DNA from: Verrucomicrobiia bacterium
GTDB lineage: Bacteria; Patescibacteriota; Saccharimonadia; Saccharimonadales; JAGQNK01
Length of the DNA stretch: 64,000 nucleotides
Assembly (NCBI GenBank): GCA_035489575.1
Contig: DATHJY010000005.1
Coordinates: forward strand, 6,612-70,611
Direction: 5' to 3'
Under the pieces are notes generated by a model. That model was not told the origin of the DNA. It worked only from the letters and a program-made list of their open reading frames with translations, and did not search any database. Positions within the stretch are counted from its first letter, which is position 1, and every line of letters starts with the position of its first letter. Positions 1 to 8,048 of the stretch are shown here, in pieces. The translations under genes were made by a program, and so were the position numbers.

Positions 1-937
1 GTAGGTTCTTGGCATCTTTACCGGTAACTGCCAGAAAGACATCGTCCAGGCTAGGGCGGTGCAGGGCGATAGACTCGGGCGCAATCTTGGCAGCGTCTAG
101 GGTCCGAACAACTTCTACCAGCTTTTTGCGTCCGTCACGCACGGGCAGGGTAATGGTGGCACCTTCTATCTTTGGATCTTTGGTGCCAAACATACGAACG
201 GCCTGCGCAGCCTTCTCTACCTGGGATGGCTTGACTTCGAATTCTATGACGTCACCACCCATTTGGCTCTTCAGCTGGTCGCTGGTGCCTTCCACGATAA
301 CTTTGCCGTGGTCTATGACAGCAATCTGATCCGCCAGCTCATCTGCCTCTTCCAGGTACTGTGTGGTCAGTAGGATGCTGGTGCCATCCTGGACGAGTTC
401 ACGGATAGTGTCCCATAGATCCAGGCGAGTGCGGGGGTCTAGGCCAGTCGTGGGTTCGTCCAAAAACAGTATCTTGGGGCGAGCCACCAAGCTGCCACCC
501 AGGTCCAGTCGACGGCGCATACCGCCAGAGTAGGTACGGGCTGGACGATTGGCAGCGTCGGTCAGGCCGAGGTTTTCCAAGATTTCATCGGCCCGTGCAT
601 AGGCTTCTTTTTTGCCCATGTGGTACAGCCGCCCCACCATGTATAGGTTCTCGCGGCCGGTCAAAAACTCGTCTACAGCAGCATACTGCCCAGCCAGCCC
701 GATCATCTCACGCACACGATGTGGTTGCTTAACCACGTCTACGCCCATAACATGCAACGTTCCTTTGTCTGGGTTCATGAGCGTACTGAGCATACGCACC
801 AGCGTAGTCTTGCCAGCGCCGTTAGGGCCCAGCAGGCCAAAAACTTTTCCTTGTTCTGCCCGGAGACTCACGCCATCCAGGGCTTTGACGTCGCCAAAAT
901 GTTTGTAGACGTCGGCTACTTCGAAAGCTATTTTCAT
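1..937 (-). CDS. ABC transporter ATP-binding protein (DrrA/ABC-2 exporter type); C-terminus runs off the window start
   Basis: Absent from the ORF track because it has no stop in the window. Reverse translation from ATG 937-935 gives MKIAFEVADVYKHFGDVKALDGVS. Walker [13 protein letters not shown], signature YSGGMRRRL, Walker B ILFLDEPTTGLD. Track ORFs 9..329, 612..908 and 719..949 (+) are antisense shadows of this gene. Confidence 0.85.
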   Translation of the reverse strand, partial: MKIAFEVADVYKHFGDVKALDGVSLRAEQGKVFGLLGPNGAGKTTLVRMLSTLMNPDKGTLHVMGVDVVKQPHRVREMIGLAGQYAAVDEFLTGRENLYMVGRLYHMGKKEAYARADEILENLGLTDAANRPARTYSGGMRRRLDLGGSLVARPKILFLDEPTTGLDPRTRLDLWDTIRELVQDGTSILLTTQYLEEADELADQIAVIDHGKVIVEGTSDQLKSQMGGDVIEFEVKPSQVEKAAQAVRMFGTKDPKIEGATITLPVRDGRKKLVEVVRTLDAAKIAPESIALHRPSLDDVFLAVTGKDAKNL

Positions 938-1044
938 ATGTATAGTTAACTCGTTAAGTGTTATCGTCTCGTATTTTAGCTCTCGATACTTAACACGTCA
1001 AGTGTTTATCCACACAAACGGGCAGGGGACTAAAAAAGCGCTCC

Positions 1045-1881
1045 CTACTGCACTACTAACGACTTCAGAATAGCCTGGGCAACCGACAGAATCTTGTCAC
1101 TCCCCCAGGCCTCGGGGTCAATAGCTATGCCCTCTTTGCACTCCTGGCCGCCATCACACTTCACAAAAGATACACCAATGATAGGTTCTGACTTGGCAAC
1201 ATCAGTTTTGGGAATATCCTGGCCTTTTTTATAACCCGCATCACCGGTGATATAGACCGCATCCACCCCTGTCGAGCCATCAAAGCCAGCAAAACTCAGG
1301 TAGGTCTCTTTGCGCTGGCTTTGCGAAGGCTGAGCATAGGCTATCTTTTGGGAGTCTACTACCGCCTTGCCTGTCGGGTTGGCAAACTTGGGCACTGTCG
1401 AGCCGGCAGTCACAATAGTTATAAGTACTTTGCCCGATTTTTTGCTGCCATCACTCGTAGTTATCTGGGCTGCGGGTGACTGCAGGGTAAGCTGCCCCTG
1501 CGTGGCATCGTCTTTCTGCCAGGTCTTGGGGTGGTCAATCGACATCTGAATATCCTGGGATACCAGGTGTTCGCTCAGTTCTTCGTCGACACTTTCTACG
1601 GGCTGCTGCTGTGGGGCTGACGGCTGGCCCGAGCCTTGCGACGGAGTGGACTGCCTGCGCAGCACCAAGAAATACATAGCGGCACCTATCGCCACCAGAA
1701 CGACCAGTGCAATAAAAATAATGCCCTTTATTTTGCGTTTCTTTTTTTGCGCCTTTACGGGTTCTAGATTATGAATATAGTCAGCAGTCGATTGGCTGGC
1801 AGCAGCATATTCGTCCTGCTCTTCAGGAGGCTGCTGCGGAGGTGTTGGCGGTGGCCCTTGAACCGGGCCCTGCGGTTCCAT
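1045..1881 (-). CDS. hypothetical single-pass membrane protein (Pro/Gln-rich N-terminus, extracytoplasmic C-terminal domain)
   Basis: 278-aa ORF. One hydrophobic helix GIIFIALVVLVAIGAAMYFLVL follows a KKKRKIK stretch. No motif recognised. Confidence 0.6.
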   Translation of the reverse strand: MEPQGPVQGPPPTPPQQPPEEQDEYAAASQSTADYIHNLEPVKAQKKKRKIKGIIFIALVVLVAIGAAMYFLVLRRQSTPSQGSGQPSAPQQQPVESVDEELSEHLVSQDIQMSIDHPKTWQKDDATQGQLTLQSPAAQITTSDGSKKSGKVLITIVTAGSTVPKFANPTGKAVVDSQKIAYAQPSQSQRKETYLSFAGFDGSTGVDAVYITGDAGYKKGQDIPKTDVAKSEPIIGVSFVKCDGGQECKEGIAIDPEAWGSDKILSVAQAILKSLVVQ

Positions 1882-1904
1882 ACCTACTAGTATATCCTAT
1901 AGCT

Positions 1905-2546
1905 ATGGCAACAACCGCAAATGAACAGACTCTTACCTTGGCGATTCATTATTTATCGAAGGCCGACCCCAGTCTGGCCCCGGTTATCGCCAGCAGCCCC
2001 TTGCCTGACCTGCACCCACACCAGAACTACTATCAAGAGTTAGTGGATAGCATCATCAGCCAGCAGCTGAGCGTCAAAGCTGCCCGCACCATAGAGAAGC
2101 GCTTTTGCGAACTCTTTGGTGGCGCCGATTTCCCCCTGCCCGAACAGATCCTGACAAAAGACATAGAAGAGTTGCGCAGTGCTGGCCTAAGCCGCCCCAA
2201 GGCCGCGTATATTCGTGACCTAGCCCAGCACGTGGTAGACGGCAAAGTAAAGTTTGGCCACCTGGACAGCCTGTCTAACGACGAAGTTATTGCAGAGCTG
2301 ACAGCCGTCAAAGGCATCGGCGAATGGACCGCCCACATGTTCCTGATGTTCTGCATGGGCCGCTTAGACGTGCTGCCCTCGGGCGACCTAGGCATTCGCA
2401 ATGGTGTACGGGCCCTGTACGGCCTGGACCACTGCCCGCAATCTGACGAAGTCAAAGTACTTGCCCAGAAAAATCAGTGGCACCCTTATGAATCTGTTGC
2501 CGCCTGGTACCTGTGGCAATCCCTAGACAACGCGCCCGCTATTTAA
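1905..2546 (+). CDS. DNA-3-methyladenine glycosylase II family (HhH-GPD, AlkA-like)
   Basis: HhH-GPD signature LTAVKGIGEWTAHMFLMF, then PSGDLGIRNG with the catalytic Asp. Start moved to ATG 1905 (MATTANEQ), which avoids overlap with the divergent gene. Confidence 0.75.
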   Translation: MATTANEQTLTLAIHYLSKADPSLAPVIASSPLPDLHPHQNYYQELVDSIISQQLSVKAARTIEKRFCELFGGADFPLPEQILTKDIEELRSAGLSRPKAAYIRDLAQHVVDGKVKFGHLDSLSNDEVIAELTAVKGIGEWTAHMFLMFCMGRLDVLPSGDLGIRNGVRALYGLDHCPQSDEVKVLAQKNQWHPYESVAAWYLWQSLDNAPAI

Positions 2547-2922
2547 CGCAATGACCCTCAAGCCAAGCGGCTATTTCATTCACCGACAAATGGTCTGTTG
2601 CAACCTTTACTGCAAAATCCTCTAACTCACCCCGCTTAGCAGAAAATCGCTTCTTGTTCATCCGCAAGAACATGACACCACTCGTAATCCCCGTCCGTTT
2701 GTTGCCGTCAGCAAAAGGGTGGTCAGCAATAATATTGCGAACATAAACAGCCGCCTTCTCGTACAAGCTCGGATATTGCTCCACGCCGAAAGCTTCCTGC
2801 CGAACGGCGTGAGCAACCGACTTTATTCGTTCAATGTCACGCACGCCATGCGATCCACCATATCGCTCTACGAGCTGGAAGTGTACAAGCAGGATCTGCT
2901 CTTCAGTAAGATATGTAATCAT
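2539..2922 (-). CDS. doc: Fic/Doc family death-on-curing toxin
   Basis: Doc/Fic motif HPFADGNKRTG. 127 aa. 4-nt overlap with the upstream antitoxin gene. Confidence 0.85.
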   Translation of the reverse strand: MITYLTEEQILLVHFQLVERYGGSHGVRDIERIKSVAHAVRQEAFGVEQYPSLYEKAAVYVRNIIADHPFADGNKRTGITSGVMFLRMNKKRFSAKRGELEDFAVKVATDHLSVNEIAAWLEGHCVK

Positions 2923-3125
2923 CTCTGAGCAAGATTCTTTAGGTCCTGATCGTAGGTATCCATGAACTTCTCTAGATCGTTCATGAACTTCTCATGTTTG
3001 TTTTGTTTTGGCTTCTTGACATCAATCTGAGCATCGTCACCGATACGAAGCCCCAGCTCTTCGAGCTGCTTCTTTGGGATAATGACGCCGGCACTTGAGC
3101 CAACTTTTATAATCCTATAGGTCAT
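2919..3125 (-). CDS. AbrB/MazE/SpoVT-fold antitoxin partnered with Doc
   Basis: 68 aa. N-terminal swapped-hairpin pattern IIKVGSSAGVIIPKKQLEELGL. Overlaps the doc start. Confidence 0.75.
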   Translation of the reverse strand: MTYRIIKVGSSAGVIIPKKQLEELGLRIGDDAQIDVKKPKQNKHEKFMNDLEKFMDTYDQDLKNLAQR

Positions 3126-3172
3126 AGCATTGATTATAACTATATTATAATAATGCGTCTACAAAATTATGC

Positions 3173-3796
3173 TTAGCCCAGAAGTTTTTCCAGTTCGGAT
3201 TTTACCAGGTTCGAAATAAGTTCATGGCCTGTTTCGTTTGGATGAAGCCCGTCCACCAGCAGCTCGGGCTTGTCACGAAAGTGATTGAATAATCTCACCA
3301 GTGGAATATTCTGCTGGGTACAGAAGTCGCTCAGCATATTCTCGTACTCCAGAATACTTTCGTTAGTAAACACATAGTCGCCCCAAGAGACTGGTTTGGT
3401 TTTTGATTCATCACAAGCGGTCAGGCCGACAAATAGGATCTTGTCCGTATACTCCCTGATAGCATTCACAATATCCTGGAGGTCTTTAGGAAAGATTCTT
3501 GCCTCGTAACCCACCCTGAGACCGTGATCCCACATAGAGTCGTTGAGACCCACCGCCACTACGGCTACTACTTGCTGCTGGCGACTCCGGTAGAGTATCT
3601 CGCTGCCTATGCGCTCGGCTATATGTGGTGCTGCAGTACCGCCACTGACGCCCAGATTATAAACCTCGGGAATAGCAGCCCCTAAATCGCGTAGCTGTAG
3701 CTCATCATAATGACGCTTGATGCGAGCCACCCAGCCACCGCCTTCTACATCCCACATGCCGTACACAATGCTATCGCCAAAAACTAATATCCTCAT
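3173..3796 (-). CDS. SGNH/GDSL hydrolase family protein
   Basis: Block I VFGDSIVYG, block III GLNDS, block V DGLHPN. Confidence 0.75.
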   Translation of the reverse strand: MRILVFGDSIVYGMWDVEGGGWVARIKRHYDELQLRDLGAAIPEVYNLGVSGGTAAPHIAERIGSEILYRSRQQQVVAVVAVGLNDSMWDHGLRVGYEARIFPKDLQDIVNAIREYTDKILFVGLTACDESKTKPVSWGDYVFTNESILEYENMLSDFCTQQNIPLVRLFNHFRDKPELLVDGLHPNETGHELISNLVKSELEKLLG

Positions 3797-4572
3797 GTCA
3801 GCTCCTTCAGCAAATCGTCTAGATGTCTCTTTACTTCTGCAACTTTGTTGCCAGACTTATTTTTAAAGTTGTGGTCTACATTTGGGATTTTTATGAGTCT
3901 TTTGTTGTCGCCCGGAATGGCATCGAATAATAGCTTTTGGTGAGCATAAGGCGTCGGCTCGTCATTGCTACCGGCCATCAGGAGCACGGGCATGGTCAGG
4001 GCTTTCGCGCCCTTCAGCAAATCGTGATTTTTCAAGTCCTCTACAAAACCCCAGCCCGGTCGCAGTAGTAGTCCGGGCCTGGACAGGCTTTCTCTTTCAA
4101 AGTAGCCTCTGTCCTTCCAGGCTTTCAAGAAGTCTGGATCGACAGTACCAACAAAGAGCTCTTGGTTTATGCACGCAGAAATAGGCGCTACACAAAAAAC
4201 TTCGGCTGGATGATTTTCGGCGTACAGCGCCGTAGACATGCCGCCCATGCTGTGCCCCGCCAGACCAAATGGCTGCTTGAACCACTCTTGGGTGCGCGCC
4301 CAGGCAACCACGTCCTCTAGGTCTTCGTAGTAGTTAGTAATGGTCACATTGCGCATATCACCATCACTTTCACCAGTAGAGTTGGTGGCATCGAACCGGA
4401 CCACCCGATAGCCGTTTTCTAAGAATGCCTCGGCAAAAGCCTGAATATGTTTCTGACCCATAAAGCCGCCTTGGCCGTGAGCCACAAACGCCAAGCCGGT
4501 CTCATGCTCGGGCTCATCCACCCGAATCACCAGCTTCAGACCATGCCGATTTTTGATCTCGGGGCGCTTCAT
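3793..4572 (-). CDS. alpha/beta-fold hydrolase
   Basis: Nucleophile elbow GHSMGG. C-terminal VDHNF supplies a candidate catalytic His. 4-nt overlaps with both neighbouring genes. Confidence 0.75.
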   Translation of the reverse strand: MKRPEIKNRHGLKLVIRVDEPEHETGLAFVAHGQGGFMGQKHIQAFAEAFLENGYRVVRFDATNSTGESDGDMRNVTITNYYEDLEDVVAWARTQEWFKQPFGLAGHSMGGMSTALYAENHPAEVFCVAPISACINQELFVGTVDPDFLKAWKDRGYFERESLSRPGLLLRPGWGFVEDLKNHDLLKGAKALTMPVLLMAGSNDEPTPYAHQKLLFDAIPGDNKRLIKIPNVDHNFKNKSGNKVAEVKRHLDDLLKELT

Positions 4573-4967
4573 CGGAGCGCTTGCGCCCTCCCCCCGGACT
4601 TCTTGATCAAATCATTGTCATAGGTATAGAGCGGCGAAGCATTGTTGAGCTCTGCATAAAATAGACTGCAACAATCAACCCAGGATAGCCGAGACTCTGT
4701 CTCATACAGCTTGAGGGCTCGCTTGATAAGCGGGCGATTACAGTTTATTGCCCTTTCGGCTACGATTCTGCTCAGGTTTTTGGTAATCGCGACTCTTGGA
4801 AATTTAGCAGACTGCAGCACGTACACAATTTCGGCAAACACCATATCAGAGACATGCAGGGTTAGTGTGCTATCGAGCAACCGCTGGGTTGCTGCCGATC
4901 GAGCGCTGTCCCTATCGAGCAACCAATCAAGCAGTACGTTAGTGTCAAGACTTGCTGATGTCGCCAT
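4569..4967 (-). CDS. vapC: PIN-domain toxin (VapC-like)
   Basis: N-terminal LDTNVLLDWLL with the conserved Asp. 132 aa. Overlaps the upstream AbrB-type antitoxin. Confidence 0.75.
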   Translation of the reverse strand: MATSASLDTNVLLDWLLDRDSARSAATQRLLDSTLTLHVSDMVFAEIVYVLQSAKFPRVAITKNLSRIVAERAINCNRPLIKRALKLYETESRLSWVDCCSLFYAELNNASPLYTYDNDLIKKSGGRAQALR

Positions 4968-5226
4968 ATTTTTCTTTTACATGGGCAGCAAACCCGTCAC
5001 CAGCCTTGTAATTTTTCAGTATATCCGTGGTCCCAAGTTTTTTCAGAAGTGCTTGGTTCATAGACCGAACTTCTTCGATAGAGGGCATTGGCTCAAGTGT
5101 GATAGCTCCGGTTTTGGCATCTTCCTCAAAACGAACCTCACTGCCCGGCTTAAGCCCGAGCTTTTCGCGTATATCCGCAGGGATGGTAGTCGTGCCCTTG
5201 CTGGTAATTCTTGAGGTATAGATCAT
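4945..5226 (-). CDS. AbrB/SpoVT-fold antitoxin (VapB-like)
   Basis: RITSKGTTTIPADIREKLGLKPGSEV looped-hinge-helix pattern. 93 aa. Overlaps the PIN gene. Confidence 0.75.
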   Translation of the reverse strand: MIYTSRITSKGTTTIPADIREKLGLKPGSEVRFEEDAKTGAITLEPMPSIEEVRSMNQALLKKLGTTDILKNYKAGDGFAAHVKEKYGDISKS

Positions 5227-5233
5227 GTATTAC

Positions 5234-5262
5234 ATGATACATGATGTAATACCTCGTGTCAA
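5234..5262 (-). promoter_or_regulatory. sigma70-like promoter with inverted repeats, driving a leaderless antitoxin mRNA
   Basis: Minus strand reads TTGACA (5262-5257), a 17-nt spacer, TATCAT (5239-5234), 7 nt, then ATG 5226. GTAATAC/GTATTAC repeats flank the boxes. No SD. Confidence 0.55.
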
Positions 5263-5267
5263 TGGTA

Positions 5268-6590
5268 TTACGGCGTCAAGCGATTCATATCGCGGGGGAA
5301 GAGTGTGGCCTCTTTGACATTGTTGAGGTTCAGAATTTTCTCTACAGTGCGCTCCAGTCCCCAGCCCCAGCCACCATGTGGTGGCATGCCGTGACGATAC
5401 ACGCTGAGCAGTGGTGCAAAGCCCGGATTTTTCGGATCGCCGCCCATGGCCTTTAGCTGTTTTAGTAGGCGGTCATAACGGTGTTCGCGCATGCTGAGGG
5501 TAGTGATCTCTACGCCACGAAATAGCAGGTCGGCGCGATCAGCGATCTCTGGATTTTCTTCGTTTGCACGGTGGTAGAACTTAAAGGTCTTGCTACGACT
5601 AGACCAGCCCGTTACCAGCACGGCCTCGCTACCCAGCTGTTTCTTGGCGTAGTCGCAGATCCAGCGTTCTTCTCCTGGAGCTAGGTCGTCCTCGCCCGTG
5701 TGGTCTTCTTTGGTGGCCTTCAGGAACTTCTCGTGAATTTCGTCGATACTAATACGGGGAATGTCCTGTGGTTTTTTGGGCAATGTAAAGCCCTGAATGT
5801 TCCACATCTTGAGTTCTTTGGCACACTCAGCCTCTGCATACCTAACCACCGTGAGCAGACAGCCGCCGGCTAGATTCTGTAGCTCGTCAAAATCTATAAA
5901 GCCGATCTCGGCATCAACAGACTGGTATTCGGTCATGTGGCGGGTGGTAGCGCTGGGTTCTGCCCGAAACACGGGGTTGGTTTCAAATACTCGCTCAAAA
6001 ACGCCAACCATCATCTGCTTGTAGAACTGGGGCGACTGAGCCAGGGTGGCAGTTTTGCCAAAATAATCGAGCTTGAAGACTTCGGTGCCGCCCTCGGTAG
6101 CCTCGGCCAAAAGCTTGGGGGTGATGATCTCGGTAAAATCGTTGGCTGCAAAGAATGTACGAAAACCCTCTAGTACCTTGGCTTGGACTTTAAAAATAGC
6201 CGTCTCCTGTAAGTTGCGTAGTCCAATCGGGCGGTTGTCGAACAAGGTGTCTAGATTGTCGGGACGGTGGCTAAGGGGCTTGTCGATTTCTATAGGCGGT
6301 TCATCGGTGACAGGAATTACTACTTCCAGGGTGGGCTCGTGGATCTCGGCACCACCAGGGGCACGGTCGTCCTGAACCACTTGGCCTGTAATAGTCAAAA
6401 CGGTGCCAATTTGCAGGCCACGTAGTTTCTCTACTTCATTTTTGTCCTCTACCAAGACCTGTATCAGGCCACTGCGGTCACGAATGTTTATAAAAGTCAG
6501 GCCGCCCATCAGACGCTTTTTGTGGATCCACCCCTGAACTTGAGCTGATGTACCGATATGGTCCTTCAGTTCGCGAGCTAGTGTTCTCAT
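5268..6590 (-). CDS. aspS: aspartate--tRNA ligase, archaeal/eukaryal-type (about 440 aa; AsnRS not strictly excluded)
   Basis: N-terminal OB fold VQGWIHKKRLMGGLTFINIRD. Class II motif 2 FRAEPSATTRHMTEYQSVDAE. Motif 3 GGWGWGLERTV. Confidence 0.85.
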   Translation of the reverse strand: MRTLARELKDHIGTSAQVQGWIHKKRLMGGLTFINIRDRSGLIQVLVEDKNEVEKLRGLQIGTVLTITGQVVQDDRAPGGAEIHEPTLEVVIPVTDEPPIEIDKPLSHRPDNLDTLFDNRPIGLRNLQETAIFKVQAKVLEGFRTFFAANDFTEIITPKLLAEATEGGTEVFKLDYFGKTATLAQSPQFYKQMMVGVFERVFETNPVFRAEPSATTRHMTEYQSVDAEIGFIDFDELQNLAGGCLLTVVRYAEAECAKELKMWNIQGFTLPKKPQDIPRISIDEIHEKFLKATKEDHTGEDDLAPGEERWICDYAKKQLGSEAVLVTGWSSRSKTFKFYHRANEENPEIADRADLLFRGVEITTLSMREHRYDRLLKQLKAMGGDPKNPGFAPLLSVYRHGMPPHGGWGWGLERTVEKILNLNNVKEATLFPRDMNRLTP

Positions 6591-6711
6591 GTTTTTCTCC
6601 GAAAGTTAAGTGTCAGTAAAACGGCTGAAACGGGTCAGATGCCCCTGCTCGCCTAGCAGTGGCAGACCCGCAAATTTGTATCAGTGTTTACTCGTAACAC
6701 AATCATTTGGC

Positions 6712-7782
6712 TTATTTTACCACCTCTGGCGGTTCTTCGGTAGGGGCTTCTGGTTCTTCTTGGGGCCTTTCGGGTTCATTGTTTTGGGTATGTTCTTTTT
6801 TGGCAGCCCGGGCAGCAACGGCTCGCATGTCGTCGTATCGGTCGAATTCATCAATAATAGGCTTGCCTATGGCCCGTTCCAGTATGTCCTCTATGGTGAT
6901 AATACCTACAAACTCTTCAAAACTATTTACCACAATGAATAAGTGCCGTTTGGTTTTTAGTACAGCCTGCAGGGCGTCAGTGAGCGGTTGTTCTTCGTGC
7001 ACATACATAACTTCTGCGTTCATATATTTTTCTATGTGTCCGCCGGACTTGGCCCGGATCAGGTCGCGCAAATACAAAATGCCAACAATGGTATCTTTTT
7101 TGTCAGCGTAGACCGGGAACCGCGAAAAACCACTGTCGTGGAGCTCGCTCATCAGCACCGTACCAACGGCTTCGGTGGCAGCTATCATTTTTACAGCCCG
7201 GCGCGGCACCATGGCCTGCACAACACTCACGTCACCGAATGTCAGAGCGTGCAGTGCAATCTCTAGCTCAGTTTTCTCGACCCGGTTGTCGGGCTGGGCT
7301 TGCTGATACTGCAACAGCTCTATGATGTCATTGCGATCATATAGTCCGGTATGAATAGTGACCGGCCAGTGACGCCCAAAAAAACCCGACAAGCCGTCGA
7401 TAACAGGATGCAGATAACTGAGCAACCAAGCCAGTGCCGGCGCAAGTTTGCTAGCTGTCCAGGCGCTCAGCTTGGTAACGTTGCGGGCTGGCAGCCAGAC
7501 AAATCCCGCCCAAATAACAAAAGCACTAACTATCACCGCAAACCAAGTTGGCGTACTGCGCGCTACCAGCACAAAGAACAATGCGTTGGTCACCCCGACA
7601 ATAATCCACAGCACCGTGGTCAAGCTATGCCCATATGCCACTGCTTTATAGAGTGTCTTGGCTAGTTCGTCGCCTTCGCGTGCCCGCTTGCGCAGCTCGC
7701 GCTCTGGGACATGCCGATAGACCTTGAGCAGGCTAATAGAAGAAAGCGCCAGCAAAGCGGACACTAAAAGCACGATCATCAT
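6712..7782 (-). CDS. DUF21 + tandem CBS domain membrane protein (CNNM/CorB-type putative divalent-cation transporter)
   Basis: About 4 N-terminal TM helices, then a CBS pair (e.g. HLFIVVNSFEEFVGIITIEDILERAIG). Acidic Pro/Glu tail. No CorC_HlyC domain seen. Confidence 0.8.
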   Translation of the reverse strand: MMIVLLVSALLALSSISLLKVYRHVPERELRKRAREGDELAKTLYKAVAYGHSLTTVLWIIVGVTNALFFVLVARSTPTWFAVIVSAFVIWAGFVWLPARNVTKLSAWTASKLAPALAWLLSYLHPVIDGLSGFFGRHWPVTIHTGLYDRNDIIELLQYQQAQPDNRVEKTELEIALHALTFGDVSVVQAMVPRRAVKMIAATEAVGTVLMSELHDSGFSRFPVYADKKDTIVGILYLRDLIRAKSGGHIEKYMNAEVMYVHEEQPLTDALQAVLKTKRHLFIVVNSFEEFVGIITIEDILERAIGKPIIDEFDRYDDMRAVAARAAKKEHTQNNEPERPQEEPEAPTEEPPEVVK

Positions 7783-7984
7783 GAACTCATTTTACATCTC
7801 AAGTCTGTTAAGCAAAGCCTATTCTGATAAGTACGATTTGTCAGTTCTTGTACGAAGGCGTACCCGTAGGTACGCCGACAAGCAAGACTGGCAAAGCGCA
7901 CACACCCCACAAAACAGATTTTGTGGGGACCTTGTTGTGCTATCAGAATGGCTTGAGGCTGGAGTGGAGATGTAAAATAAGTTC
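7783..7984 (-). ncRNA. candidate structured cis-regulatory 5' leader RNA, copy A
   Basis: Paralogue of 13619-13781. 18-bp closing helix 7783-7800/7967-7984. P2 at 7817-7826/7944-7952. UACG-tetraloop hairpin 7857-7876. Hairpin with conserved AACUGACA loop 7831-7854. Extra 10-bp hairpin 7905-7928. Compensatory changes and minus-strand-only G.U pairs. Confidence 0.6.
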
Positions 7985-8048
7985 GCGCTCAATAGTAACA
8001 GACATGGACCCCATGATAATATGTACATACCAATTAAGGGGATATTTC

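Noticed and set aside
9-949. Track ORFs 9..329, 612..908 and 719..949 on the plus strand.
   Set aside because: They are antisense shadows of a clear ABC ATPase on the minus strand (Walker A/B and signature motifs). Their composition is Ser/Arg/Pro-rich and low in complexity.
6591-6711. Possible T-box leader upstream of aspS.
   Set aside because: Only 121 nt are available. There is no T-box sequence (AGGGUGGNACCGCG-like) or specifier-loop architecture. The hairpin present is more simply the terminator of the upstream gene.
7724-7975. Two 83-aa plus-strand track ORFs (7724..7975 and 13521..13772) with similar C-termini (...RRTRRY..K......LEAG.EM), which could be taken for a small paralogous protein family.
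   Set aside because: The similarity comes from translating the shared RNA element. Differences between the copies are compensatory in helices rather than synonymous in codons. The ORFs lack an SD and overlap the real minus-strand genes.
7783-7984. Possible M-box (Mg2+ riboswitch), because the plus strand reads GTTAAGCAAAGCC / GTTAAGTGAAAGCC (reminiscent of GUUAGGUGAGGCU) and the neighbouring gene is CorB/CNNM-like.
   Set aside because: All wobble positions are G.U only on the minus strand. The other M-box blocks (GGAGA.ACGC, AGUGCUAAAGCUC.ACG) are absent on either strand. On the plus strand no regulated gene follows copy B.
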